Positions 24,420-33,566 are shown, counted from the stretch's first letter. The stretch is DNA of 42,135 nt from Ilumatobacteraceae bacterium (GCA_031420675.1 JANONE010000188.1:1-42135); one strand, 5' to 3'. The notes: generated from the letters alone by a model not told the origin. Numbers and translations are program-made.

Positions 24420-26207
24420 TCAGAGGGCCGCGGCGAGTTTGTCGAGTTGGGCGGCCAGTTGGCTGGGAAGTGCTTCGCCGAACTGGGCGAAGTGGGCCCG
24501 CATCTGGGGCAGTGCGCCCTTCCAACCGTCGACATCCACGGACAGCAGGGTGGCCATATCGTCGGCGCTGACGTCGAGGCCGTCGGTGTCTATGCCACCC
24601 GCCGCAGGGAGGTAGCCGATCGCGGTCTCGACCGCATCGGCCTCGCCGGCCACACGCTCGAACACCCACTTCAGCACGCGGCTGTTCTCGCCGTACCCGG
24701 GCCACAGGAAGCGGCCGTCGTCGTCGCGGCGGAACCAGTTGACGAAGAAGATCTGCGGCAGCTTGGAGGCGTCGGTGACAGCGCCGACCTCCAGCCAGTG
24801 GGCGAAGTAGTCGGCCATGTTGTAGCCACAGAACGGCAGCATCGCCATCGGGTCGAAGCGCAGGATGCCGGCGGCACCCTGCTGGGCCGCGGTGGTCTCA
24901 CTCGCCATGATCGAGCCGAGGAAGGTGCCGTGCGCCCAGTCGAACGCCTGCGTCACCAACGGCACCGTGGTGCGGCGGCGGCCACCGAACAGGATGGCGC
25001 TGATCGGCACGCCGGCCGGGTCTTCCCACTCGGGAGCGATGGAAGGGCACTGCGCGGCAGGTGCCGTGAAGCGGGCGTTGGGGTGCGCTGCAGGCGTCTT
25101 GGACTCGGGCGTCCAGGGGTTGCCCTTCCAGTCGGTGGTGTGCGCCGGCGTGTCGTGGCTCATGCCCTCCCACCACACGTCGCCATCGGAGGTGAGCGCA
25201 GTGTTGGTGAAGATGCTGTTGCCCCTCAGGCTTTGCATCGCGTTGGCGTTGGTGTCCCAGCCAGTGCCCGGGGCCACGCCGAAGAACCCGGCCTCGGGGT
25301 TGATCGCGTACATGCGGCCGTCAGGCCCGTGTTTCATCCAGCAGATGTCGTCACCGACGGTCTCGGCCTTCCAGCCCGGGATCGTGGGCACGAGCATGGC
25401 GAGGTTCGTCTTGCCGCACGCACTGGGAAACGCGCCGGCGATGTACTTGGCCTCGCCGGCGGGGTTGGTGAGTTTGAGGATCAGCATGTGCTCGGCCAGC
25501 CAGCCATCGTCGCGGGCCATGACCGAGGCGATGCGCAGCGCGAAGCACTTCTTGCCGAGCAGCGCGTTGCCGCCGTAGCCGGAACCGTACGACATGATTT
25601 CGCGGGTGTCGGGGAAGTGCACGATGTACTTGTTGTCGGGGTTGCACGGCCACGCAGAATCGGCCTGGCCGGGCTGCAGCGGGGCGCCCACCGAGTGCAC
25701 GCACGGTACCCACTGGCCATCGCCCAACACGTCGAGCGCACGCTGGCCCATGCGGGTCATGATGCGCATGTTGGTCGCCACGTAGGCGCTGTCGGTGAGC
25801 TGCACGCCGATGTGGGCGATGGGCGAACCGAGCGGGCCCATGCTGAACGGCACGACGTACATCGTGCGGCCCTGCATCGCGCCCGTGTACAGAGTGGACA
25901 TCTGGGCACGCATCTCGGCAGGTTCGCGCCAGTTGTTGGTGGGGCCGGCGTCCTCCTCCTTGGCCGAGCAGATGAACGTGCGGTCTTCCACGCGGGCCAC
26001 GTCGCCCGGGTCGCTGTGTGCCCAGTAGCTGTTGGGCCGCTTGGCCTCATCGAGTTTGGTGAAGATGCCGGCGTCGACCAGCCCCGTTGCCAGACGGTCG
26101 TACTCGTCGGCCGAACCGTCGCACCAGTAGACATCGCAGGGTTGAAGGATTGCGGCCCAGTCGGCCACCCACTGCTGCAATCGCGCGTTGCTCGTGGTTC
26201 CGGTCAT
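24420..26207 (-). CDS. pckG: phosphoenolpyruvate carboxykinase (GTP)
   Basis: 595 aa. GTP-PEPCK motifs are present: [18 protein letters not shown] and [13 protein letters not shown]. An AAGGAG SD lies about 8 nt upstream of the ATG at 26207. Confidence 0.95.
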   Translation of the reverse strand: MTGTTSNARLQQWVADWAAILQPCDVYWCDGSADEYDRLATGLVDAGIFTKLDEAKRPNSYWAHSDPGDVARVEDRTFICSAKEEDAGPTNNWREPAEMRAQMSTLYTGAMQGRTMYVVPFSMGPLGSPIAHIGVQLTDSAYVATNMRIMTRMGQRALDVLGDGQWVPCVHSVGAPLQPGQADSAWPCNPDNKYIVHFPDTREIMSYGSGYGGNALLGKKCFALRIASVMARDDGWLAEHMLILKLTNPAGEAKYIAGAFPSACGKTNLAMLVPTIPGWKAETVGDDICWMKHGPDGRMYAINPEAGFFGVAPGTGWDTNANAMQSLRGNSIFTNTALTSDGDVWWEGMSHDTPAHTTDWKGNPWTPESKTPAAHPNARFTAPAAQCPSIAPEWEDPAGVPISAILFGGRRRTTVPLVTQAFDWAHGTFLGSIMASETTAAQQGAAGILRFDPMAMLPFCGYNMADYFAHWLEVGAVTDASKLPQIFFVNWFRRDDDGRFLWPGYGENSRVLKWVFERVAGEADAVETAIGYLPAAGGIDTDGLDVSADDMATLLSVDVDGWKGALPQMRAHFAQFGEALPSQLAAQLDKLAAAL

Positions 26208-26282
26208 GACGGGGGATCTCCTTGGGGGGTCGGCACGCCGTGCTCGGCTTCATTCTGCCAAAGTGTGACCAAAGCGAGAAAT

Positions 26283-26304
26283 CGCCAGCCTCGTGGGCCG
26301 GGCG
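26283..26304 (-). terminator. candidate intrinsic terminator of the rpmB / small-ORF transcript
   Basis: The minus-strand RNA reads CGCC-C-GGCC CACGA GGCU-GGCG followed by AUUUCUCGCUUUGG. This gives an 8-bp stem with one bulge and one G-U pair, starting 20 nt after the stop at 26324. Confidence 0.35.
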
Positions 26305-26323
26305 TTTTCGGCGAGTACACAGC

Positions 26324-26545
26324 TCAGTGACCGGGGGTCTCCATGTCGACCTCGCTCCCGAGGCGCAGGCGGGTGGCCCGCCCTGCGGCATCGAGATCGA
26401 AGACCACACGTTGGCCCTGGCGCAGCATGCGGAAGATCGAGCCGACGAGCGCATCGCCGGCGAGATCGATATCGGTGAGATCGGTGTCGCGGACAACGAC
26501 ACCGTCGCCCGACGCAGGATCGAAGCTCTTGATGACGCCCTGCAC
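26324..26545 (-). CDS. hypothetical 73-aa protein, possibly a small beta-barrel (CSD/OB-like), co-transcribed with rpmB
   Basis: GTG at 26545..26543, with GAGG 9 nt upstream and 9 nt after the rpmB stop. The sequence is VQGVIKSFDPASGDGVVVRDTDLTDIDLAGDAL...RVVFDLDAAGRATRLRL. The N-terminus loosely resembles cold-shock-domain strands but lacks the aromatic RNP motifs. Confidence 0.55.
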   Translation of the reverse strand: MQGVIKSFDPASGDGVVVRDTDLTDIDLAGDALVGSIFRMLRQGQRVVFDLDAAGRATRLRLGSEVDMETPGH

Positions 26546-26554
26546 GGCGAGGCC

Positions 26555-26746
26555 TCAGCCGGCCTTGACGATCTTGCCGCTCTTGATGCAGCCGGTGCAC
26601 ACGTAGAGGCGCTTGGGCGAGCCGCTGACGAGGGCGCGGACGCGCTGGATGTTCGGGTTCCAACGGCGCTTGGTGCGACGGTGGGAGTGCGACACGTTCA
26701 TGCCCCAGCTCGGGCCTTTGCCACACACTTCACATACTGCTGCCAT
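26555..26746 (-). CDS. rpmB: 50S ribosomal protein L28 (Cys-containing, Zn-ribbon form)
   Basis: 63 aa: MAAVCEVCGKGPSWGMNVSHSHRRTKRRWNPNIQRV...CTGCIKSGK. Confidence 0.95.
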   Translation of the reverse strand: MAAVCEVCGKGPSWGMNVSHSHRRTKRRWNPNIQRVRALVSGSPKRLYVCTGCIKSGKIVKAG

Positions 26747-26885
26747 GACGAAACTTCTTCCAGGAGCGATCCAACGAGCGCAGAGATGCTACCAGCCAAC
26801 ATCCTGCAACCACCAAGCGTGCAGCACGGTCCCGACCACCACCACCGCCGGCTGCCGCGGCCGAAACGGTGGAGGAAGGGTTCGT

Positions 26886-28622
26886 GTGACGGTGCGGGGT
26901 CCGGCCCAGGTCGTCAGTAGTGTTGCCGGGGTGCCGACCCTGGAACATTTCAGCCCCGACGCGCTGCGCCACACTGTCATCACGTTCCGCGATGCGATGA
27001 AGGCCCACGCCGACGGGATCAATCGGCTCAACGTGTATCCGGTCCCCGACGGCGACACCGGCACCAACATGGCCCGTACCCTGGACGCCGTGGTGGCCGA
27101 GCTGGAGGGCGCTGACCCGGGCCTGGAGACCACCTGCAACGCCATCAGCCACGGCAGCCTGATGGGCGCTCGCGGCAACAGCGGTGTCATCCTCAGTCAG
27201 ATCCTGCGCGGCCTGGCGGGAACGTTGAAGGAGGCCACCGAGGGCACTGGGTTGAAGGTGGCCGAGGCGCTGAAGGCCGCGTCGGCTGCCGCCTACTTGG
27301 CTGTGCTGAAGCCCACCGAGGGCACCATCCTCACCGTCGCGCGCGAGTCGGCCGACGCTGCGCACCTCACGGCCCAAGCAGGTGGTTCCCTCGTCGCCGT
27401 GCTCCGGTCTGCGCGCCTGGCCGGCAAGTCGGCCCTCGACCGCACTCCGGACATGCTGCCGGTGCTGAAGGATGCCGGGGTGGTCGATGCCGGCGGCGCT
27501 GGGTTCCTGCTGCTGCTGGATTCTGCGCTCCACGTGGTGGACGGCGTGCCGATCCCCGAACCCGAGGAGTTCGAGGGTCCCTCGGCCGAGCAACTCGAGG
27601 CCGCAGCCCACCGGCAGCACAACGAGGGCGGCGTCGACATCAGCGAGCTTCGCTACGAGGTCATGTACTTCCTCGATCTCGACGACTCGAAGATCCAAGA
27701 GTTCAAGGAAGCGTGGGGCGAGGTCGGCGACAGCATCGTGGTCGTGGGGGGCGACGGCCTCTGGAACTGCCACGTGCACACCAACGACGTGGGCGCGGCC
27801 ATCGAGGTCGCACTCGATCTCGATGGGCGGCCGAGGAAGATCCGCATCACCGATCTTTTCGAGGAGATGGCCCAGAACTCCGGCGGCACGGAGCACCTTC
27901 GATGGGAGGCGGCCATCGCCGCCGGCGGGCACGTGCCGAGGGCGGGCGCCGGCCTGCCGCCGGTCACCTGCGCCATCGTCGCCGTGTCCAGTGGCGACGG
28001 GCTGTCCGAGCTGTTCGGGCAGCTGGGAGTGCAGGGCGTGGTCACAGGCGGGCAGACACTGAACCCGTCCACCGCCGAACTGCTCGCCGCCGTCGAGGCC
28101 GTCAACGCGTCCCAGGTGGTGGTGCTGCCGAACAACAAGAACATCATCCCGGTGGCGCAGCAGCTGGCTGCGCTCACCACCAAGACCGTGTTCGTGGTGC
28201 CCACCAAGAGCATGCCCGAGGCGCTCGCCGCGCTGGTCGTCTACGACCCCGAAGCCGACGCCGAAGGCAACGCCGTGGAGATGTCCGAGGCCGCCGAGTC
28301 GGTGGCAACGGGCGAGATCACGCGGGCCGTGCGGGCCACCAACAGCGACGCCGGGCCGATCGACGAGGGCGACTGGATCGGCATCGTCAGGGGCGACGGC
28401 GTCGTGGTCGTCAGCGGCACCCTCGATGGCGCCACAGTCGCCATGCTCGAATACCTCGTGGGGCCAGGTCGCGAGATCGTCACCGTCATCGAGGGCTGCG
28501 ATGCAACCGCCAACCACACCGACGTCATCCACGCGTGGCTCGATGAGCACCACCCAGACGTGCAGGTGGAGGTGCATCGCGGCGGCCAGCCGTTGTACCC
28601 GTACCTCTTCGGCGTCGAATGA
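26886..28622 (+). CDS. DAK2 domain-containing protein (YloV family)
   Basis: 578 aa from GTG 26886, with GGAGGAAGG 6 nt upstream. Motifs: LNVYPVPDGDTGTNM, GARGNSGVILSQ, PTEGTILTV. It holds the conserved position between rpmB and recG. The track ORF start at 26613 is an artefact. Confidence 0.9.
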   Translation: MTVRGPAQVVSSVAGVPTLEHFSPDALRHTVITFRDAMKAHADGINRLNVYPVPDGDTGTNMARTLDAVVAELEGADPGLETTCNAISHGSLMGARGNSGVILSQILRGLAGTLKEATEGTGLKVAEALKAASAAAYLAVLKPTEGTILTVARESADAAHLTAQAGGSLVAVLRSARLAGKSALDRTPDMLPVLKDAGVVDAGGAGFLLLLDSALHVVDGVPIPEPEEFEGPSAEQLEAAAHRQHNEGGVDISELRYEVMYFLDLDDSKIQEFKEAWGEVGDSIVVVGGDGLWNCHVHTNDVGAAIEVALDLDGRPRKIRITDLFEEMAQNSGGTEHLRWEAAIAAGGHVPRAGAGLPPVTCAIVAVSSGDGLSELFGQLGVQGVVTGGQTLNPSTAELLAAVEAVNASQVVVLPNNKNIIPVAQQLAALTTKTVFVVPTKSMPEALAALVVYDPEADAEGNAVEMSEAAESVATGEITRAVRATNSDAGPIDEGDWIGIVRGDGVVVVSGTLDGATVAMLEYLVGPGREIVTVIEGCDATANHTDVIHAWLDEHHPDVQVEVHRGGQPLYPYLFGVE

Positions 28623-28647
28623 GCCGCACCCCCGAAGTCGGTCCGGC

Positions 28648-30798
28648 ATGAGCGAACTGTCCCTGCCCGAGCTCGCCACCATCGGTGTCGAGCGCCTGAA
28701 GGCGGTGGGTGCGGGCAAGCGGCTGGAGTCGTTCCGCAAGTTCGGGATCACCAACCTGCTCGAGCTGGTCACGCACTACCCGCGCCGGTGGGTCGACCGC
28801 ACCAAGGAAGCCACCGTCGAGTCAGCGCTCGACGGCACCGACGCACTGGTCGTGGGCGAGATCCGCTCGATCAACGCGCCGCCGCGGCGCGGGCGGGCAC
28901 CCGGTCGCATCGTGGCCACCATTGGCGACGGCACCGGGCGCATGTCGCTCGTCTTCTTCAACCAGCCGTGGCGCGAGCGCCAGCTGCAACCGGGCACGTG
29001 GGTCGCCGCCTTCGGCAAGGTCAACCGGTTCCAAGGGGTCAAGCAGATGGCGAACCCGACGGTCGACGTGCTCGGCGACCCCGAGGAGCGGCCGCGCCCG
29101 ATCGTGCCCATCTACCCGCAGAGCGAGAAGATCGACCTTCCCTCGTGGGTCGTGCTGCGGGCCGTCGAGGAAGCACTCGCACGCAGCGAGGCGCGGCGCA
29201 TCTCCGACCCGGTTCCCGCCGAAGCCCTACGCCGGTTGGGCCTGGTGGGTCGCCACGAGGCGTTGCGCAGCATCCACCTCCCCGAGACGATGGGCGAGAA
29301 GGAACAGGCGCGCCGCCGTCTCGCGTTCGACGAACTGCTCCGCGTGCAGCTCGTCTTGGTGATGCGCAAGCGGGCGCTGGAACGCGACGCCCGCGGCATC
29401 CGTCACAGCATCGGCGGTGAGTTGGGCAATCGGTTGCGCGCAGCCTTGCCCTACGAGCTCACTCGTGCACAGGAACAGGCGATCGCGGAGATCGAGGCCG
29501 ATCTCGCCGGCCCGCACCCGATGCACCGCCTGCTGCAGGGTGATGTGGGTTCGGGCAAGACCTTGGTGGCCGTGAGCGCCATGCTCACGGGCGTGCAGGG
29601 TGGCCACCAGAGTGCGTTGATGGCCCCCACGGAAGTGCTTGCCGAGCAGCATGCCAGCAGCGTTCGCCGGTTGTTGGAAGGCGTCACGGTGCCCGACCCG
29701 GGCAACCTCTTCGGCGATCGGCCGTTGCGGGTAGAGCTGCTGACCAACCGCATCACCGGTAGCGACCGCAGAGACGTCTTGGCCGGCCTGGCCGACGGCA
29801 CCGTCGACATCGCCATCGGCACCCACGCGCTGATCCAGGAGGGTGTGCAGTTCCACAGCCTCGGGGTGGTGGTGGTCGACGAGCAGCACCGCTTCGGGGT
29901 CGAGCAACGCGCCGCCTTGCGGGCCAAGGGTGAGGGTGCGGGGGAAGGCGCCTACGTTCCCGACGTGCTGGTGATGACGGCCACCCCGATCCCGCGCACT
30001 GCCGCCATGACCGTGTACGGCGATCTCGATCTGAGCGTGCTCGACGAGCTGCCACCCGGCCGCTTTCCGATCCGCACGCATTGGGCCAACGGCCCCTTGA
30101 TGGAGCAGGGCGCGTGGGCCACCGTGCGCGATGAGGTTGCGGCCGGCCGCCAGGCGTACGTGGTGTGCCCACTGATCGAGGAGAGCGAGAAGCTGGAGGT
30201 CGCGAGCGCACAGGAGACCTACGAGCGGCTGCTCAACGACGAGCTGAAGGGCCTGCGCATCGCGTTGTTGCACGGCCGGATGTCCTCGGCGGACAAGGAG
30301 TCCGTGATGGATCGTTTCCGTCGCGGCCAGCTCGACGTGTTGGTCGCCACCACCGTTATCGAGGTCGGTGTCGATGTGGCGAACGCGACAGTGATGGTGA
30401 TCGTCGACGCCGACCGCTTCGGCATCGCCCAATTGCACCAGCTACGCGGCCGCGTCGGTCGCGGGGTGCATGCCTCTCAGTGTTGGTTGGTCACCCAGCA
30501 GGTCGATGGCACCAACCCGCGCGTGCAGGCGCTGGTCGACAGCACCGACGGCTTCTTCCTTGCCGAGGTCGATCTCGAGCTGCGCGGCGAGGGCACCCTG
30601 ATGGACACCGCCCAGAAAGGTCGCAGCGACCTCAAGCTGGCCTCGCTGCGTCGCGACCGTGAACTGGTGGCGCTGGCTCGCGAGGTCGCGTTCGAGATCG
30701 TCGACCCAGACCCGTTGTTGGCGGACAACCCGTTGCTGCTCGACGAGTTGCGCCTCCTCTTCACCGCCGATGACGAAGCCTTCCTCTTCAAGAACTGA
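28648..30798 (+). CDS. recG: ATP-dependent DNA helicase RecG
   Basis: 716 aa from MSELSLPELATIGVERLKAVG. It has the wedge/OB region and the helicase motifs GDVGSGKT, DEQHRFGV, MTATPIPRT, QLHQLRGRVGRG. Confidence 0.95.
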   Translation: MSELSLPELATIGVERLKAVGAGKRLESFRKFGITNLLELVTHYPRRWVDRTKEATVESALDGTDALVVGEIRSINAPPRRGRAPGRIVATIGDGTGRMSLVFFNQPWRERQLQPGTWVAAFGKVNRFQGVKQMANPTVDVLGDPEERPRPIVPIYPQSEKIDLPSWVVLRAVEEALARSEARRISDPVPAEALRRLGLVGRHEALRSIHLPETMGEKEQARRRLAFDELLRVQLVLVMRKRALERDARGIRHSIGGELGNRLRAALPYELTRAQEQAIAEIEADLAGPHPMHRLLQGDVGSGKTLVAVSAMLTGVQGGHQSALMAPTEVLAEQHASSVRRLLEGVTVPDPGNLFGDRPLRVELLTNRITGSDRRDVLAGLADGTVDIAIGTHALIQEGVQFHSLGVVVVDEQHRFGVEQRAALRAKGEGAGEGAYVPDVLVMTATPIPRTAAMTVYGDLDLSVLDELPPGRFPIRTHWANGPLMEQGAWATVRDEVAAGRQAYVVCPLIEESEKLEVASAQETYERLLNDELKGLRIALLHGRMSSADKESVMDRFRRGQLDVLVATTVIEVGVDVANATVMVIVDADRFGIAQLHQLRGRVGRGVHASQCWLVTQQVDGTNPRVQALVDSTDGFFLAEVDLELRGEGTLMDTAQKGRSDLKLASLRRDRELVALAREVAFEIVDPDPLLADNPLLLDELRLLFTADDEAFLFKN

Positions 30799-30806
30799 TA
30801 CCGAAC

Positions 30807-30998
30807 TCACGCGCCATCCTCGTCGTCGGGCAGCACGAGGTCCCAACGATCGCGGCAGTCCTCGCAGCGATAGGCGACGATGTCGCCGGGCAGCCACACG
30901 TCCGTCTCCGTTCCGTCCAGCGACTCGCGCGGATGAGTGAGGAGATGGCAACGACCGCCGCAATCGACGCAGATGATGGTGGGTTCCGGTTCCAGCAC
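30807..30998 (-). CDS. hypothetical small zinc-ribbon-like protein
   Basis: 63 aa from GTG 30998: VLEPEPTIICVDCGGRCHLL...YRCEDCRDRWDLVLPDDEDGA. It has two CxxC pairs and an acidic tail. The start choice is uncertain and there is no clear SD sequence. Confidence 0.45.
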   Translation of the reverse strand: MLEPEPTIICVDCGGRCHLLTHPRESLDGTETDVWLPGDIVAYRCEDCRDRWDLVLPDDEDGA

Positions 30999-31033
30999 GC
31001 CCGTAGTCTGGCGCAGATGGGAGCGGTGATGGC

Positions 31034-31582
31034 ATGCGGGTGATCTCGGGCGAGTTCGGTGGCCGCAGGCTGGTGTCACCCGCGGGTGCCACCACTCGGC
31101 CCACCACCGACAAGGTGCGCCAGGCCGTCTTCAACTCGTTGGCCAGCATGGGTGTCATCGGCGGTGCTGTTGTCGCCGATCTGTATGCGGGTTCCGGTGC
31201 GCTCGGCATCGAGGCGCTGTCGAGAGGCGCCGCGCGATGCGTGTTCGTCGAACGCGACCGGGCGGCTCTCCACGCGTTGCGCGACAACATTGCGACCCTC
31301 GGCATCGCCGACCGCTGCACCGTTCATGGCACGGATGTGATGGCGTGGGTGCCGGCGATGCGCAACGTCGACGTGGCCTTCGTCGATCCCCCGTATGCCT
31401 TCGAGGCCTGGCCGGCGCTGCTCAAGCTGGTCGACGTCGGCCTGGTCGTCGCTGAAGCCGACGGGGCCGTCGAGGCGCCGGAAGGTTGGACCCAGTTGCG
31501 CGCCCGCCGCTACGGCCGCACGTGGGTCACCCTTCTGGAACGCTGGTCGCCTGTTGGAAACCAACGGAGTGTGAACGGCTAG
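31034..31582 (+). CDS. rsmD: 16S rRNA (guanine966-N2)-methyltransferase RsmD
   Basis: 182 aa: MRVISGEFGGRRL...TRPTTDKVRQAVFNSL...DLYAGSGALGIEALSRGA...FVDPPY. Confidence 0.9.
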   Translation: MRVISGEFGGRRLVSPAGATTRPTTDKVRQAVFNSLASMGVIGGAVVADLYAGSGALGIEALSRGAARCVFVERDRAALHALRDNIATLGIADRCTVHGTDVMAWVPAMRNVDVAFVDPPYAFEAWPALLKLVDVGLVVAEADGAVEAPEGWTQLRARRYGRTWVTLLERWSPVGNQRSVNG

Positions 31583-31594
31583 CGTGTGGCCGCC

Positions 31595-32167
31595 ATGGCG
31601 ACCGTTCTCTATCCCGGAAGTTTCGATCCGCTGCACCTTGGGCACGTCGATGTGATCGAGCAGTCGGTGGCGCTCTTCGGCAAGGTCGTCGTCGGGGTGA
31701 TGCACAACCCGACCAAGCCCAGTGGCATGTTCACCCTCGAGCAACGCACCGACATGATCCGCCGCAGCATCTCGTACCTCCCGTCGGTGGAGGTGATGGC
31801 CTTCGAAGGCCTCGCCGTCGATGCTGTCAAGCAGGTGAAGGCGGCGTTCATCGTCAAGGGCCTGCGCACCGGCGGCGACTTCGAGGTGGAGCAGCAGATG
31901 GCCCACACCAACCATGCCGTGAGCGGTGTACGCACCGTCTACCTGCCCTGCAAGCCGGCGCTTGTCTCCATCAGCAGCCGTTTCATTCGTGAGATCGCCC
32001 AGTACGGTGGCGACGTCACTTCGCTGGTGCCGGCCCCGGTGGCCACCGAACTTGCCAAGCTTTTCCCCGCCAAGCTTTTCCCCGCCACGCAGTTGCCCGC
32101 CACGCCGTTGCCCGCCATGCCGTTGCCCGGCAAGGCGCAACCCCTGAACACCTCTGAGAACACATGA
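31595..32167 (+). CDS. coaD: pantetheine-phosphate adenylyltransferase with a C-terminal repeat extension
   Basis: MATVLYPGSFDPLHLGHVDVIEQ...ISSRFIREIAQYGGDV. I prefer ATG 31595; the GTG at 31586 is the track start. The roughly 30-aa tail AKLFP-AKLFP-ATQLP-ATPLP-AMPLP extends beyond the usual end. Confidence 0.9.
   Translation: MATVLYPGSFDPLHLGHVDVIEQSVALFGKVVVGVMHNPTKPSGMFTLEQRTDMIRRSISYLPSVEVMAFEGLAVDAVKQVKAAFIVKGLRTGGDFEVEQQMAHTNHAVSGVRTVYLPCKPALVSISSRFIREIAQYGGDVTSLVPAPVATELAKLFPAKLFPATQLPATPLPAMPLPGKAQPLNTSENT
32054..32128 (+). repeat. 5 x 15-bp in-frame tandem repeat at the 3' end of coaD
   Basis: GCCAAGCTTTTCCCC occurs twice (32054..32083). The next three copies are GCCACGCAGTTGCCC, GCCACGCCGTTGCCC and GCCATGCCGTTGCCC (32084..32128). 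Confidence 0.9.
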
Positions 32168-32751
32168 GCCACGACGACCAGTACGACGACGACGAACTCG
32201 ACGACTCCGATGCCTTCGTCCGTTCCACGAACGGATACGTCGGCGACGCCGAAGCGCTGCTGCGCCGAGCCGTCGACATCATCGCGACGGCGCCCACGAT
32301 GCCGCTGTCGTCGTCGCCACGCATCGACCGCGACGAGATCATCGAACTGTTGGAAGAGACCCTGCACCGCTTGCCCGACGAGATGCGCCAGGCGCGGTGG
32401 ATGATCAAGGAGCGTCAGGAGTTCGTTGCCAAGACGCGTCGCGAGGCCGACGAGTTGCTGGAGGCCGCGCGAGTGCAGGCCGAGCGCATGGTGCAGCGCA
32501 CCGAAGTCGTGCGCGCCGCCGAGCAACGTGCCCGCCAGATCAGCGAAGCCGCCGAGAACGACGCCCGGCGCCTGCGGCACGAGACCGAAGACTTCCTCGA
32601 TCAGCGCCTCGGCAGCTTCGAGATCCTGCTCGACAAGCTCACCAAGACCGTGCAGGCCGGCCGATCGCGACTCGCCATCGGCCAGCACCGCGCGACCGAG
32701 GATGGTGAGGAAGAAGACTTCACGAAGGGCTTCTTCGATCAGGATCGGTAG
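32164..32751 (+). CDS. coiled-coil protein, DivIVA-domain/SepIVA (Rv2927c)-like
   Basis: 195 aa with an acidic N-terminus (DDQYDDDELDDSD). The core PTMPLSSSPRIDRDEIIELLEE...LPDEM...EDFLDQRLGSFEILLDKLTKTV parallels my recollection of mycobacterial SepIVA. Its position directly upstream of the DUF177 gene matches the position of Rv2927c next to Rv2926c. The start forms an ATGA overlap with the coaD stop. Confidence 0.5.
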   Translation: MSHDDQYDDDELDDSDAFVRSTNGYVGDAEALLRRAVDIIATAPTMPLSSSPRIDRDEIIELLEETLHRLPDEMRQARWMIKERQEFVAKTRREADELLEAARVQAERMVQRTEVVRAAEQRARQISEAAENDARRLRHETEDFLDQRLGSFEILLDKLTKTVQAGRSRLAIGQHRATEDGEEEDFTKGFFDQDR

Positions 32752-32755
32752 TCAC

Positions 32756-33277
32756 GTGGCCAACCCATTGCGCGTGAACGCCGCCGAGCTGTTGCGCCGG
32801 CCGGGCAGTCAGAAGATCGTCGAACTGCAGGCGTCGTTGGCCGAACTCGGGGACGTCGACCCGCAACGATTCGACGACGACGCGGAAGTGGCCGTACGGC
32901 TGCACCTGGAGGCGCTCAACGATGGCATCGTCATCGATGGCGAGCTGCGGGTTCCGTGGCACGGTGTCTGTCGTCGCTGCCTGGTCGAGACCGGCGGCGT
33001 GCAGGTCAGCGAGGTACACGAGCTGTACCAGCGCGTCGTCACCGACCCCGAGGCTTTCGAGATCGTCGGCGATCAACTCGATCTGCGCGATGTCGTCCGC
33101 GAGCTGATGCTGCTCGACGTGCCCAGCACGCCGCTGTGCCGACCCGATTGTGCAGGTCTGTGCCTCACGTGCGGCGCGAACCTCAACGACGGCCCGTGCG
33201 GCTGTGCCGCTTCGCCGGCAGATCCCCGCTGGTCAGCACTCGATCAATTGCGAGATCTCGCCGATCCGGCCGACTGA
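32756..33277 (+). CDS. YceD/DUF177 family protein (large-subunit rRNA accumulation protein)
   Basis: 173 aa from GTG 32756. It has the Cys cluster CRRCL...CRPDCAGLCLTCGANLNDGPCGC and lies immediately upstream of rpmF, as in many bacteria. Confidence 0.85.
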   Translation: MANPLRVNAAELLRRPGSQKIVELQASLAELGDVDPQRFDDDAEVAVRLHLEALNDGIVIDGELRVPWHGVCRRCLVETGGVQVSEVHELYQRVVTDPEAFEIVGDQLDLRDVVRELMLLDVPSTPLCRPDCAGLCLTCGANLNDGPCGCAASPADPRWSALDQLRDLADPAD

Positions 33278-33336
33278 CGCCGTACGCAGGTAGCAACCCG
33301 CCCGTTCGGGCCGCTAGCCTCTCATAGCTCGTGTGT

Positions 33337-33353
33337 CGAGGGAGCGTCCCTCG
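33337..33353 (+). promoter_or_regulatory. hairpin in the rpmF leader
   Basis: CGAGGGA-gcg-TCCCTCG forms a 7-bp stem ending 9 nt before the GGGAG SD of rpmF. A TAGCCT -10-like hexamer lies at 33315..33320. Confidence 0.35.
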
Positions 33354-33372
33354 TCCGATTCCGGGAGTCCCC

Positions 33373-33552
33373 ATGGCTGTTCCCAAGAAGAAGAAGTCGA
33401 AGTCGAAGACGCGCAGCCACCGTGCGGGCGCGTGGAAGCTTGCCGCCCCGTCACGCAGTGTCTGCCCGCGTTGTGCCGCCGCCAAACTGCCGCACACAGT
33501 GTGCCCCAGCTGCGGCTGGTACAAGGACCGCATCGCTGTGGAAGTCGGCTGA
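33373..33552 (+). CDS. rpmF: 50S ribosomal protein L32 (Cys4 form)
   Basis: 59 aa: MAVPKKKKSKSKTRSHRAGAWK...CPRC...CPSCGWYK. A GGGAG SD lies upstream. Confidence 0.95.
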   Translation: MAVPKKKKSKSKTRSHRAGAWKLAAPSRSVCPRCAAAKLPHTVCPSCGWYKDRIAVEVG

Positions 33553-33566
33553 GCCACACCGCTGTC

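Noticed and set aside
24127-24615. 162-aa ORF spanning the palindrome-rich spacer
   Set aside because: It is Arg/Ser/Pro-rich with no motifs, and its second half lies antisense to the pckG 3' end. It looks like a by-product of base composition.
26613-26885. N-terminal extension of the DAK2/YloV ORF
   Set aside because: It overlaps rpmB in antisense. A strong GGAGGAAGG SD precedes GTG 26886, and the recognisable protein begins after that point.
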